A stretch of DNA of 64,000 nucleotides. It comes from the human T2T-CHM13v2.0 reference genome, Homo sapiens. The DNA is taken from NCBI RefSeq assembly GCF_009914755.1, contig NC_060930.1; one strand, 5' to 3'. Under the pieces are notes generated by a model. That model saw only the letters and a program-made list of their open reading frames with translations. It was not told the DNA's origin and did no database searches. The position numbers and the translations under genes are program-made. Shown here piece after piece: positions 27,760-38,950 of this stretch (position 1 is its first letter; each line of letters begins with the position of its first letter).

Positions 27760-29995
27760 CTCAGAAAGGAAGGGAGTGAAATAGTCATGTGAACATCCAC
27801 TAGTTAAGAGCTATAACACTGAATAACATTTAAAATAAACAAAACAACTATATGAAGACAGTGGAAAGCATTTTAAAAGACCCCAGAAGCTAGGAGACAG
27901 TTAAACTCATAAAACTACAACTGGAATGGGTAAGAAGTTTGAGTCTGTTGCTTCCTGACTTGAGTGTGTCATCCTCCCCCAGGGCAAAACTGTCTAAATT
28001 GGCAACAGGCTAAATGTGCCAGAGATCAAAGTTCAAAACTGGAAAAACAACTAAAAATTTATAGGAGAAATCCTGAACAGTATGAGAAGCAAGGAGACCC
28101 AATTTCTGAACATAAACTGTCCACATATTTGTCAGAAAGCTAAATAACTTAAGTATAGGGGAGCCCTCAGGAGGCATGATGGGAAATCAGCCAGAGACCA
28201 GAGATAAATATATCCTTGAAACATGGGGTGTCACAGAATCAGATCTTTGAATTTGATAATTTTCATAACTGGCTGTATTCCTGAACCATGCCCAGTTCAG
28301 TCAGCAGAAAGTTTGAAGTGTCAGCGTACACAGCCCAAAGTCAACAGAGCACTTGAAAATTAAGAGATACCCTGGAAGCAAGGGAAAACAGGAAGCATAA
28401 GCCCCATATCTGCTTAAATCTTCAGCTTACTGACAAATTTTTCAGGCATGAGGTGGTCCACAGAAAGCTAGGAAAAAAACGCACCAGTGGGAAGGCATTA
28501 GAATAAAGTATCCGTATTAGCAGCTGCATACTGCCAGATCTGGAGGGTGGTTGAGTGGAGCAAGTGGAGTGGAAGACTAGAGGGTGGCAACAGAGTTTGC
28601 AATTTGATTCCACACAAATTAACTGTCTACTGAAACAGAAGAGGATAATTCTTAGGAGAACATGATAAAATTTTGAGTCACTACAATATATTATCTGCAG
28701 AATCTGGGTTTTCAACCAGAAATCAAGTGTCAAAAAAATAGCTATATGTGAAAAATAACCGGGAAAATAAAAGCAGTCAATATAAACTGAATCCAAAAAA
28801 CCTAGATATTGGATTAGGCAGATCGAGCCTTCAAAGCATATAATTATTTTAAAAGAATTAAAAGAAAATATTTTCAAAGTACTAAATAAAAATATGACCT
28901 TAATGAACAAACAGATGGGATAGAGAAATGACAATTAACTAAAACATATAAATTAGAGTGGAAAAGTAGAATTAATGAAATTTTAAAAATGAGTTGATGG
29001 TTTCAACATCAGATTGCAGATGACATAAGAAAGAATTGGTGAGCTTGAAGATAGATCAATAGAAACTATAAAATTTAAAGAAGAAATAGAAAAATGAATA
29101 AAGAAAAATAAAGTGAATCTTAAGATATGTGGGAAAATATGAAGTGGTCATATGAAATGGTACAACATATATATCATTTAAATCCTAAAAAGAGAGACAA
29201 GAAAGGAAAAAAAAAGCAAAAAAAAAAGGAAAAAAAAGATGCAAGACAGTTCAAATTTGATGGAAAACATTGACCTACTAATCCAAGAAGTTCAAAGAAC
29301 TTCATGCAAGTTAAACACAAAAAAATAAACCCGCAGACACATCATCATCAAATTACTACAAGCAGCCAAGCATGGTGGCCCATGTCTGTAATCCCAGCAC
29401 TTTGGAAGCTGAGGTGGGAAGATCACTTGAGGCCGGGAGTTCGCTACCAGCCTGGCCAGCATGGCAAAACTCCACCTCTACTAAAAATACGAAAGTTAGC
29501 TGGGTGTGGTGGCACACACCTATAATCCCAGCTACTCAGGAGGCTCAGGCAAGAGAATCACTTGAACATGGAAGGCAGAGTTTGCAGTGAGCCAATATTG
29601 CACCACTGCTCTCCAGCCTTGGTGACAGAGTGTGACTCTGTCTGAAAAAGAAAAAAAATTGCTAAAAGCTAAAATAAGTAGAAAATCTTGAAAGCACCTA
29701 GAGAAAAATAACACATTAGCTATTAGGGAAAAAGGTAAGATTCATGCTTGACTTCTCATCAGATTATGAAAGCCCAAAGACATTAGAAAAGTGTATTTAA
29801 AATGCAGAAGGAAAATAAAATCAACCTATATCCAGTGAAGCTATCCTTCAAAATAAAAATGGAATAATAAATTCAGATTAAAAAGGTTAGAGAATATATT
29901 GCCATTAGATCTCTATTACGAAGAACAATGACTAAAGAAAGTTAATTCATATTTGAAGAGAAATAATACTAGATAGCAATGTGGATCTATAGGAA
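27760..29995 (+). mobile_element. Old L1M (L1M4/L1MD-like) 5' region and ORF1, interrupted by an Alu
   Basis: A-rich sense strand; GAATTGGTGAGCTTGAAGATAGATCAATAGAAA, GACTTCTCATCAGA and CTATATCCAGTGAAGCTATCCTTCAAAA are ORF1 motifs. Confidence 0.8.
29364..29655 (+). mobile_element. Old AluS (Sz-like) or AluJb
   Basis: Full dimer; TSD AAATTACTACAAGC / AAATTGCTAAAAGC. Confidence 0.95.
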
Positions 29996-30340
29996 TGACA
30001 CAGTCACAGAAGACTACATACTATATGATTCACTTATGTAAATTTATATTTCTATCAATCATACAGTATGGCTGGAAAGCCATAGCTATAAAACTTAACT
30101 AATGAAACTTAGTCAATAGCTTGTAGTGGCATGTAGTGAGCCATAGAAAGGGCAAAGACATAGTGATGGAAAGCACATCAATGAGCCAGAGTAGGGTGAG
30201 AATTGATGATAAAGGAACATGAGGAAAACGTCAGTGATAAAAATGTTGAATTTGGTGATAGTTACATAAGTGTATACATTTGTCAAAACTCATTCAATTG
30301 TGCAGTTAAAATTAGATAAGTTTAATTTTACATAAATGAC
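29996..30340 (+). mobile_element. L1ME/MC-type 3' UTR fragment
   Basis: CAGTCACAGAAGACTACATACTATATGATTC and GTGTATACATTTGTCAAAACTCAT. Confidence 0.7.
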
Positions 30341-30637
30341 AGAAAACATAGGACCTAAATCAGAAAGAGCCTTACTAGGTCACTGGCTAAAACCTGATGA
30401 GCAAGGTTCTATTATAATATGTAAATATATATATATTTAATGTATACGTATATGTAAATATTTTAGTAAGTTGAATTTTGCATTATTTATACAACATACA
30501 TATATCATTAGCCATTTTTTAAATAAGGTAATATGATTTGAAATATTTATCTTGCAATATCCATTTAAACCTGAGCATAATGGCTTGCTACACAAAATTA
30601 TGTTAATACCAGCTAATAGAACTTCGTTGATAGCCTA

Positions 30638-30897
30638 TAGTAGCATTTAGTGAGGAGGATGGACTTTGGTGCTAGATACACATGGGTTTGAATCCCACTT
30701 CTCTCCTTAATTGCTGTTTTACCTTGGATAAATTATTCAACTTCTCTGAGTTTCAGTTGACTCAGTTGTTGAATAAAAATGCTACTATCTGTTTCATAGG
30801 GATGTTATAAGGATAAGATGAAAAAAGGTATGTAAATTGCTTATTGCAGTGCCTAGCAGAGAGTTTTTATGCAATAAATATTACCTATTTCATTATT
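30638..30897 (+). mobile_element. MIR SINE, near full length
   Basis: TGGGTTTGAATCCCA...ACCTTGGATAAATTATTCAACTTCTCTGAGTTTCAG...CAGTGCCTAGCA...AATAAATATTA. Confidence 0.85.
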
Positions 30898-31171
30898 TGT
30901 TGTACCAGAATATTTTAATGAATGTATAAAATAGTTTAGTTGAAGCAATGAATTACCACAATGGCTACTGGTAAATAATAAAATAATATTATGCCCCTAG
31001 AAAAATACTTATGAATAAGGGAGAACAATCAGAAACAGATTAAATAAAAATACACTGGCATTGGAAGAATGTATTTGATTCATATGAATCTTTTTATTTA
31101 GGGTCCTCAGCAATAGTTTCTATCCCTTTTCTAATAATCTGCTTTCCTAAAAAGGTCTATTTAACTTTGCA

Positions 31172-31245
31172 TCTCTCTCCCTCTCTCTTTCTCTCTCTCT
31201 CTCCCTCTCTCTCACTTTCTCTCTCTTCTATTTTCTCTCTTTTTC
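31172..31245. repeat. (CT)n-rich polypyrimidine tract
   Basis: Seen directly. Confidence 0.9.
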
Positions 31246-31978
31246 CTGGCATATATTCATTTCCTCCCTATATCAATTTCTTTGTTTCTCTTAGCTGCAT
31301 GTTTTTCTTCATTCACCTGAGTGTGTAGGTAAGCCTTTTCCTTTGTTGGATTTGTGGTAATTTTCTAATATATTCCTCCTCTTACAGTTCATTCTCTGAT
31401 TTTTTCAAAACACCCTCCCAGAATTGTCCTAAGGTGATGTGTAACCTGTGAAAACCTCATATTCACATACACCTTACACTTCACTCTAAAGGTCAAGGTA
31501 ACATTTACCTGAGAGGAAGTGAAAATAACATCCACGTAAATGTTGGAAGGGAAAATCACCTGGCAATAAAGACTTGGTTGAGGCATCCTCTTAGGAGACA
31601 GGTCCATTGTGAAAAAAAATTAATAAAATAAAAAGTGGTCTTTGGGGATCTTGGAAAAAAGCTGGGCAACATTGGAAAGAAAATGGTAAGAGTTCAAAAC
31701 AAGAAGCCTGAAGTAATAAATTCACTCACAAATGATTATAGACGAGGACTCAAGGGAGGAGAAGAATGTGCTATTCGAACACTGAAGATTGTGGATTCCA
31801 TGGAACACTGGCAAAGAGTAATCAGTTTTTCATTCATGAGTGACCTGGAGATATTTACTGATGGAAAGAGTGAGTTGGATGACTTTGAGGAGAATGGTTT
31901 ATCTTGAGGCTGAAAAGGGTTTAGATTTAAAGTCTTTGCAGGAAAAAAACACACTTGTACTTTCCAGCTCTCTGGCAT

Positions 31979-32108
31979 TCAAGAGAATGAGGCAGAGCTA
32001 GATAAATGAAAAGGAGAGAGACAGAGCTCAAGAGAATGAGACAGAGCTAAATAAATGAAAAGCAGAGAGACGGAGCTCAAGAGAATGAGACAGAGCGAAA
32101 TAAATGAA
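31979..32108. repeat. 49-bp minisatellite, about 2.7 copies
   Basis: TCAAGAGAATGAG(G/A)CAGAGCTA(G/A)ATAAATGAAAAG(G/C)AGAGAGAC(A/G)GAGC units start at 31979, 32028 and 32077. Confidence 0.95.
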
Positions 32109-35100
32109 GAGAAAAGAGGAGAAATGAAAGTATCCTACATTTTGAAGGCTAAAGATGGATAGATAATGAATTATTAAGGAAAAACAAACCTGTATAATAG
32201 GTTTGGGCTAGATAAATAATAAGTGAAAACAAATATACATTCAGAAGATACTTTAAATTTTTTTTAATATGCTATAGACTAATAGAGTAATGTTGGACTG
32301 AATGTGTGGTTTGTGCAGTAAAGTTTCCTCACTTTGGGGTAATGTGTACTAACAATTGCTGACTATCTACCTCATGCCTCTTCTGACAAACTTTTAGTTT
32401 CACATCTTATTTGTCTACTGCAATATAGTACCATCTAGAACAAAACATATTTCAATCCTATTTTTTCTTTTCCTGTTACAATCAACCCTGTCTGAAAGAA
32501 AATGAGATTTTTACTTTTCCTAAAAGTAAAATAGACTGCTTTAAGATTAACAGCAGCCTTGCCTCTGTCTGAAACTAACTCTTGCAACTGACCTAGAGAA
32601 TGTGAAGAAAACAAAAGCAAGCAAACAAACATAATACCTGCAATTGTTCAGAACAAGATCAATGAAAAATTTTAAACATTTTCTTGAAGGGAAAGGATTA
32701 AATCAACATTTAAAGGCTGCTCTTTTCCTGTCTTCTCTTTTTCTACCTATCGTCTTTCCTTAAGAATAGCCTAAAGCTTTCTCATACTCGAGAAAACAGA
32801 TACAAGAAATTTATTTTCTTTCTCAAATCCAATAGCTTTGTCCCTGTGGTTTCTACATTTTCTGCTGTCTGTCTCTGTATTAGTATCCCCCTACTGCATT
32901 AAACTCCACCCTGGCTAGAGGATCATTTCTCATCCAAGAACAAAACACTGTTTTTACTATCTTACTTTTTGATTGATACAACCCCATCGGCTATTTCCCT
33001 CGTCTCCCATTTGTTTGTCTTCTCTTCCCCTCATCCTCCTTCAGTGTTTGAACCATTAGTCAACATTTTTCTTCATTCTACCAATTCTGAAAAAAGTGTT
33101 GTTTGAAAACTTCTTCCTCCCCTATGATTCTACTATTTTTATTAATGTTTGCATTTCAGCCCAAGATTAAACAACTCTCTAAGCACTGATAAAATATCAG
33201 AGATCTGCAGTTAGAACCAACTTATGACCTTAAGAAATACCTGCCATAATGGAAAAGAACAAGATGAGTTAAAGGAAGGTTTTAATAATAAATACAATGG
33301 GACCCACGGCCAGTTGGAGACAAAATTGCGAAGCATATAAAGTTTACCTTTCTTCTGTCCCCTCCACCATTTTCTGCCCTCAGAGTCTGTGTGTGTTCCC
33401 ACGCCACAAGATTCTTGTTTACCGGAGTCACCATATATGCCAGCACTTCCTGGTCTGTGTGTCTGGTTTATATATGACCCCTCTGGTTACCTCCATGAAA
33501 CTCATCTCTGCAGTATAAATGGCACAGGCAAAGTGTTAGAAATTGATTGCAATCCACTTTAACAAGTTTACATTGAAATGTCAATGATGGATAGCTCAGC
33601 ATAAGGTGCTAGGGATATTTTCATTTTAAACGATGAAAACATTAGAACCTAGATAACTTTCTGATTTTCAGGTAGAATTATGGACTTAAGTTATAACTAG
33701 CCAGGAGACATGTTAGTTAGTAGGAGATAGAGGGAACTTCCTGCTCCTGAATTACACTACTACATGTCTACTGATAAGCGAGATCAGGGATATTAAAATC
33801 CCAAATGACAACAACAATAAAATGTTGAGTGCCAGTGCAACACTACAGGGAGTTTATAAATAAAGCAAAAATAAACACACAAAGACAGTTCTATTTTGGG
33901 TAGCACAGAAAGATAAGAATAGAGGCAAGATGAATATGTAAGATGCACGTATACCAAGCAGCAGGCACACATAACGTAATGATTGCTGTTTCCCAACTCT
34001 CAGAAGCCTGCCTGACTGAAAACTGATCACTCATTGCTCTCCTGGGCTTTTTCCTTTCTTAGCAGCTCTGCAGTGTTGTCCCTGTGAGTTCTGTACCAAA
34101 GTGAGGTGATGGTCTCAAGCAGGCTAAGAAAGTTTTGTTATTTTATTTCCTCCATCCCTTTCTTTTTTTCTTCCTTCTCTTCTCTGCCTTTACAAAGAAA
34201 AATGTTAAAAAAGGAGGGGTGGTGGAGGGGAGGATGTGAGGTTTTGATGAAGAATTCTGAATCTGTTTGGAAGAGGGTCATGGAAATCCTCTGACTGGGA
34301 TAGGTGTGGGTACAATAAGGCTGTGCTGAGCATACTGAGCTAGTTTAATTAAGTTTGTTCAGTATTGGTGGAAACATTCTTTTTTCTTTTAATTTGTTTC
34401 TGCCTTGTTAATCTATTTCTGATTTCTCCAAACTATACACATGGAGGTATGCTATCTTCCTTCTGTCCTCGGGGAAGGAAAAGGGCGTGCTGTTTGCAAG
34501 TTATGCCTGTGCTCCTGTGTGTCACGACCCTTTTGGAGAGTCCGTTCAGGTTAGCGGTGTTTGCAAAGTTTTCTTGTCTCTGAAACCTACTCAGTGTCTC
34601 TAGAGTCTCCTGCTGAAAGAGGAAAACACTGTAACACATCATAGTGGGCTGCTTATTAGAAAACACAACTCTCATAGCAAATGACTTTTCTATGAAGTAT
34701 AATAAATCATACACTTGGTAATAAGTAGAAAGTGTTAGCCATTGGAACGATCCTTTTCCTCTTGTCAAGATTAGGGCAATTAGATAGTCCATATGGATTT
34801 TCAAATTAAATATCTGCTCTGATTATGCTGCTTTAAAATATTTTATTTGAAGTGATAGATTGTTTGGTTATAAAGGCTGATATTTGTAGTGTACCAGGCT
34901 TCTTAAAAGAGCAAATTTTACTTCCCTATTTTTTAAATTTGTAAGTGAGTCAAAGACTTGGATTTAATTCATTATGTTCTCCCTCAAATATCTACCCTGC
35001 CTCTACCAGTTATTATAAGTCCAACCAAATACATTATAACCCCAAATTTAACCTTTCTCTGTTAAATTTGTTTAACTTCCCTGTTAAATGTGTTTAACCT

Positions 35101-36014
35101 GTTTGTAAGATATTTTAGTTGCTCATGACTGTTTAATATGCATTCTATATAAACAAGGAATTAAAAATGAAATGCTTTCAGCTCATGGTACTGTGAACAT
35201 TTTTACCCTACTTTTCCTTATTGAGTAACGTTTCGTACTGCTTTTACTGCATCAACATAGTTGAAATTCAGATACAGAAATACTCATACTACCAGATTTA
35301 AACTTTGATTCCACTGGGGACTTCATTAGTAGGTGTCTTCTTCAGTTCAAAGGCAGCACTTGAGAGTTTTAAGACCCTCTAGTTTACTAATTAGCTTACC
35401 CCAAGGGCTGTTTTTAACATCGCTCAAACCTTTTTAACTTTTATTGATATGGGCATTTGCACATAACTGTTTTCAGTTTAATGTGTCCAGATCTCTAGTC
35501 ACATTCAGGGACAAGTACTTTAGAACAAGTTGGAAATCCTGTTTAATGATTTTTTTTGTCATATTTATGTATATTTGCTTATGAGCAAATAATTTGTTTT
35601 GACTTACCTTTTATCTGACTAAGCATATTCTCTTTGTTGCTATTCCCTTAAGCCTTTAGATTACATAAATTAACTACATAATTACATAGATTAACTACAT
35701 AAAGGTAAATTCATCATGAATTGGTAAATTGTGAAGTTAATCCTACCTAGTGGGAACTAATAAAAATAGAAAACTGACATTAATCTGTATTTATCAGAAG
35801 ATATTCTAGGGATTAGTGTGCTCTCATGGCAGGTAAATATGTGATTAGTTTTATAAATGCAGCTGCCTTATTCTGTTTTCTGTAAATGATTACAATAAAA
35901 TGTTTTGTTTAAATTATTTTATGTGAAGTTATGGCCAAGTTTTATCAGGAATCAGGAAAAAGCAACTGACATTAATTTATTGTTGACATTAAATTTACAC
36001 TATAATACCACATA

Positions 36015-36260
36015 AGATGATTTCAAACCTTCTCATCATCTCCACTGAAACCACCAGAGTCCAAGTGCAATAGTGTCATAACCACTCTTGGCTCCCTATA
36101 GTCCATCCCCTCATGCCACACACCATCATCCCCATCCCCATTATTCTCAGGGCTACAGCAAATTTTTTATGAATTAAGTTTGGCTGTGTCCTTCCCTTAT
36201 TTAAAATTCCTCAATATTTTCTAATTGCATTTAGGAAAAAGAGCCATCATTGTTAATATA
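36015..36260 (+). mobile_element. L2 fragment (left part)
   Basis: CATCTCCACTGAAACCACCAGAGTCCAAG and CCCTTATTTAAAATTCCTCAAT...ATTGCATTTAGGAAAAA. Confidence 0.65.
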
Positions 36261-36261
36261 T

Positions 36262-36375
36262 TGTTAAATCAATTTCACTTTGGCTTGAGGTTGCCTCTGT
36301 ACCTTGAGTTGCTGTGTGGCAAACTGTAACCTAACTTAGTATTTAAACAAGCCAAAATCTAATTTAGAAGTATAA
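36262..36375 (+). mobile_element. MER57-like ERV1 LTR, 5' ~110 bp only
   Basis: TGTTAAATC...TTTGGCTTGAGGTTGCCTCTGTACCTTGAG...AACTGTAACCTAACTTAGTA. Confidence 0.6.
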
Positions 36376-36454
36376 CTAAATAAGTATAAACAAAATCTAA
36401 TTAGAAGTATAATTTAGAAGTCAAAGAAGATCTTCCTTCTCTAATGTGTGTGTA

Positions 36455-36640
36455 AATATATAACATTTAATTATATGTTTCTTTGTGTAACTTAGTTTAA
36501 TATTTGTCTTCCACATAATAATGCAGGCTCTATGAGGACAGAGGTCATTGTCTCTTTTATTAACTTCCGCATGTGAATACTTAGAATACTGTCACATAAT
36601 TTATCAATACCTGTTTGTTGCTTCAATAAGTGAATAAAAT
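36455..36640 (+). mobile_element. L2 extreme 3' end (right part)
   Basis: AATGCAGGCTCTATGAGGACAGAGG...CTCTTTT...TCAATACCTGTTTGTTG. Confidence 0.65.
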
Positions 36641-38639
36641 ATGGTATTGGATTTTTTGAGTTATTTTCAAATTTATTTAGTCTTCTTAGTGGTCTAGTCT
36701 TTAATGCAAAAATTAGCTTTCTTTTATAACCAAAATCTCTTCATTATTCTATTTCACATGAAAAAAAATTCTGAGCATCCTTGGAGGAAACGTACACTAG
36801 CGAGTATTTATATGCATGAAATATGGTTGGCAGAGAATACTGCATTTAACCCGTGAACTGATGAGTAATATTTGTGTTATGTTCTACATATATGACACAA
36901 TAAATATGTGATACAAAAGAATCTAATCCTCAGCTGAAAAGGACATTCAGACCATGAAGTTTACTCGTCTCTTTAGACAATTCCAGGTTGTTGAAATAAT
37001 GCAATTCAGTGTAGTTGTGAAATCTTTCTATGAAGAATAACCCATGGCTTTCTTCTACAAAAGATTTTTTATATTTTTCTCTTATAAAATACTTTTATAC
37101 CTAGTCTACATGTTTCTATTTAGTAGTGTTAGAATGGAGCTAATCACAAGTTTCTAAATTTATGTTCTCTCAATTATGATGATAAAGTCATAAGATTAAT
37201 TTCCTTGCATGGCTCCTTAAGTAACTCGGAAAATATTTTCTGAGGGTGGGATTTTAAAATAGTGTCTAAATGATACAAGTTGCAATAAATTGCTTTGAAA
37301 GAAAAAAATCATTTACGCATGTATGCTTACATGTTTCTTAGAAAACACTGGTTCCAAGTTCTGTTTCAATGGAATTTCTATACATTTAATGAAATAAAAT
37401 ATTCTGGAATCAAAGAGCAATTCTTGATGACTAAGAATAATATTTTTTTTCCAGATTTGTTAGGTTCTATGGTGTTGATCAAATTTTTTTCCAAAGCAAT
37501 ACATTATAAGGATATGATTGGTTACACTTTCTTATTCAAAATTCTGACTATGTGATATTGCCAGGCAGCTTCCTTTTTCACATAGATTAGTTTGATTCTA
37601 CCAATCCCTTTCCGAGAAAATTGCCAATTGCATTTCATACCCATTCACTTGCCTTATGGATTGCATTTGTGGTTGATAGTCTATTAAATTACTGTGCAGA
37701 TTGGATTCAGGCCAGTGGTTAAAATATTTCTATTAGACTTCAACAGCATACGTGTATCTCTTACAAATTCACATAACTTTCTCATCATTCTCAGTGTTTG
37801 ATTCTGTCCAGAGAGGTTGAATTGGGTGCGACTCAATTTCACAGGTGCACATCAGCCAGTGGTTTTTCTGAGCTGGGTGTTTGATAACAGAGAGCAGTAC
37901 CCATAGTCAGTGCAGAGGTTTGTGCATCATGACCAGCTTGCTATCAAAAGAGCCTTATGTCTCACATAAGTTACATGTTGTCAATAGAGAAATTTCCCTT
38001 TACTTTAATTATTAACTCCAAGAAATGTACATTTTTATTATTTATTATGGGTATTTGTAATGTGATTATTTCATCTGTGCCTTTTGTTGACCTTTTGAAA
38101 AAGGTAGCATGTGTTTGTTCCCTACCTTATTTAGACTAAAAACATCTGTCCCTACTTCATGACAAATAGCAGTCATGCTATCATTTTAAGAATCAAGAAA
38201 CAGCTATGGATCAGTTTCAAGGATCAGTTTTATTTAGAAGTGACATATTTAACTCTGTTTATGCTTGCTTTTATTTTTGATTTCCTGAAAATCGCATGCG
38301 TTTTCTGAAAATGTCTGATAGAAACAGTAAGATGACGTCTTCCTTCTGTTATTTAATTGGCAAACAATATTTGCTCTTGGGATTCCTCATGCTGTGATAC
38401 TGAACTGACTCTCTTAAATTTGATCTGTAATTCTCAGGGGATTGTAGAGACGTAGTAATGAAGTATGACAAAAGTTTCTGGGTTGGTACTATCAATCACT
38501 AATTATTATTTTGAAACTTTGAGAAGGCCGTGAAGTTAGTGAGAGCTTGTTATTCAGGGTGAATAATGTATCATAGTTGACTCCTTCCTCATTTGGCTGT
38601 TCTTGGATTCCATTTAGCGTTTGGCCTTCCCTTCCAAGG

Positions 38640-38950
38640 TGTGATGGTTAATTTTATGTGTCAGCTAGACTTGTCTAAGATATGGCCAGATAGCTGGTAA
38701 AAGATTATTTCTGGGTGTGTCTGTGAGGGTGTTTTCAGAAGAGATTAGCATTTGAACCAGTGGACTGAGAAAAGAAGATCTTCCTTCTCTAATGTGTGTG
38801 CGCATCATACAATTCATCGAGGACACTAATAGAACAAAAGGGAAAGGAAAGGAAGATTTATTTTCTCTATTCTTGATCTGGGACATTCATCTTCTCTTGC
38901 CCTTGGACATTGGAGCTACTGATTCTCAGGCTTTTAGACTCTGAGACTTT
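38640..38950 (+). mobile_element. MLT2 (B/D-like) ERVL LTR, 3'-truncated
   Basis: TGTGATGGTTAATTTTATGTGTCA...TCTGGGTGTGTCTGTGAGGGTGTTT...GAGATTAGCATTTGAA. Confidence 0.88.

Noticed and set aside
28422-28934. 170-aa hydrophobic ORF
   Set aside because: Antisense reading of A-rich L1 sequence gives F/L/I-rich frames.
31635-31907. 90-aa ORF with protein-like composition
   Set aside because: Non-ATG start, no family I recognise, and the purine-rich sequence resembles highly decayed antisense L2.
35660-35701. 21-bp tandem duplication; similar 22-25 bp ones at ~35060 and 57858-57907
   Set aside because: Ordinary slippage duplications in AT-rich DNA; no repeat-spacer array.
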